DNA from: Brevinematales bacterium
Lineage (GTDB): Bacteria > Spirochaetota > Brevinematia > Brevinematales > JAOACQ01
Length of the DNA stretch: 64,000 nt
Direction of reading: 5' to 3'
NCBI GenBank assembly: GCA_020052515.1
Contig: JAGVOW010000034.1
Span: 296 to 64,295 of the forward strand
A program made the translations under genes and the position numbers. This document shows positions 63,715 through 64,000 of this stretch, in pieces. Position 1 is the first letter of the stretch. Every line of letters starts with the position of its first letter. The notes under the pieces were generated by a model. That model did no database searches, was not told the DNA's origin, and was given only the letters and a program-made list of their open reading frames with translations.

Positions 63715-64000
63715 TTATGATTTCCGCCAATTAGCCAGAGTAAACCACACCGCGGATAAAATACAGAACAGCGAACAGGCATAAAATCCCCAGCTTCTTC
63801 CCGCGAAAGCAATGACAATCCCCGCTATAAAAGGCCCCGAAGAGTGCCCAATGTCCTTAATGGAAGAAAGCGCCCCCATAGAAGCTCCCAGGCTATTTTT
63901 TTCGGAAATATCCCCCACATAAGAACTGGTAGCGACAGTCGAAAGAGACATTCCTAACCCAAAAATCAAACTGATCCCGATTATTAGCGCTATGCTTGCA
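63715..64000 (-). CDS. MFS transporter, C-terminal fragment (5' end beyond the window)
   Basis: The frame is open to the window edge (ASIALIIGISLIFGLGMSLSTVATSSYVGDI...GPFIAGIV...), with hydrophobic MFS-like helices. Confidence 0.75.
   Translation of the reverse strand, partial: ASIALIIGISLIFGLGMSLSTVATSSYVGDISEKNSLGASMGALSSIKDIGHSSGPFIAGIVIAFAGRSWGFYACSLFCILSAVWFTLANWRKS

Noticed and set aside
1-64000. tRNA, rRNA, CRISPR arrays, transposases, integrases and prophage genes
   Set aside because: No intergenic gap contains tRNA-like T-arm or acceptor patterns. There are no regularly spaced direct repeats and no recombinase-like ORFs. The TA/ATPase islet is therefore not called a mobile element.

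Overview
64 kb chromosomal segment from an AT-rich bacterium with diderm-type genes (MlaFED, an outer-membrane beta-barrel, a HlyD-ABC exporter); I cannot assign a lineage from sequence alone. I call about 62 CDS. I found no rRNA, tRNA, CRISPR array, transposase or integrase. Most genes are housekeeping: murA, pyrE, asd, der, ahcY, mtnA, murC, purH, parAB, smc, hppA, obg, dnaB and rpsF-ssb-rpsR-rplI. Two canonical parS sites (17543, 19219) suggest the window lies near the origin. Accessory content: (1) a TetR-controlled hemerythrin / DUF438 / PAS_10 / ldhA operon with a perfect 24-bp operator; (2) a glycan cluster with a B12-radical-SAM enzyme plus GT4, GT10 (fucosyltransferase-like) and GT2; (3) a secreted protein / FecR-like / beta-barrel / CHASE2-cyclase operon; (4) a GH13-like protein that appears to lack its catalytic barrel; (5) a CecR-YbhGFSR-like exporter with split ATPases; (6) at the 3' end, a small defence-like islet. 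The islet holds an SMC/RecF/ABC-type ATPase translationally coupled to a DUF4276-like (Toprim-like E...DxD) protein, next to a RelE/ParE toxin-antitoxin pair. A 60-bp promoter-bearing direct repeat precedes both operons. I rank this islet as the best candidate for an uncharacterised system. Non-coding structure includes an identical 24-bp GC-rich palindrome at three gene 3' ends, a C5-hairpin-G5 repeat family, a 413-bp intergenic region with a perfect sigma70 promoter and a T/G-rich leader, and many near-consensus TTGACA-17-TATAAT promoters. All product calls rest on motifs and family resemblance recognised by eye; no database search was run.
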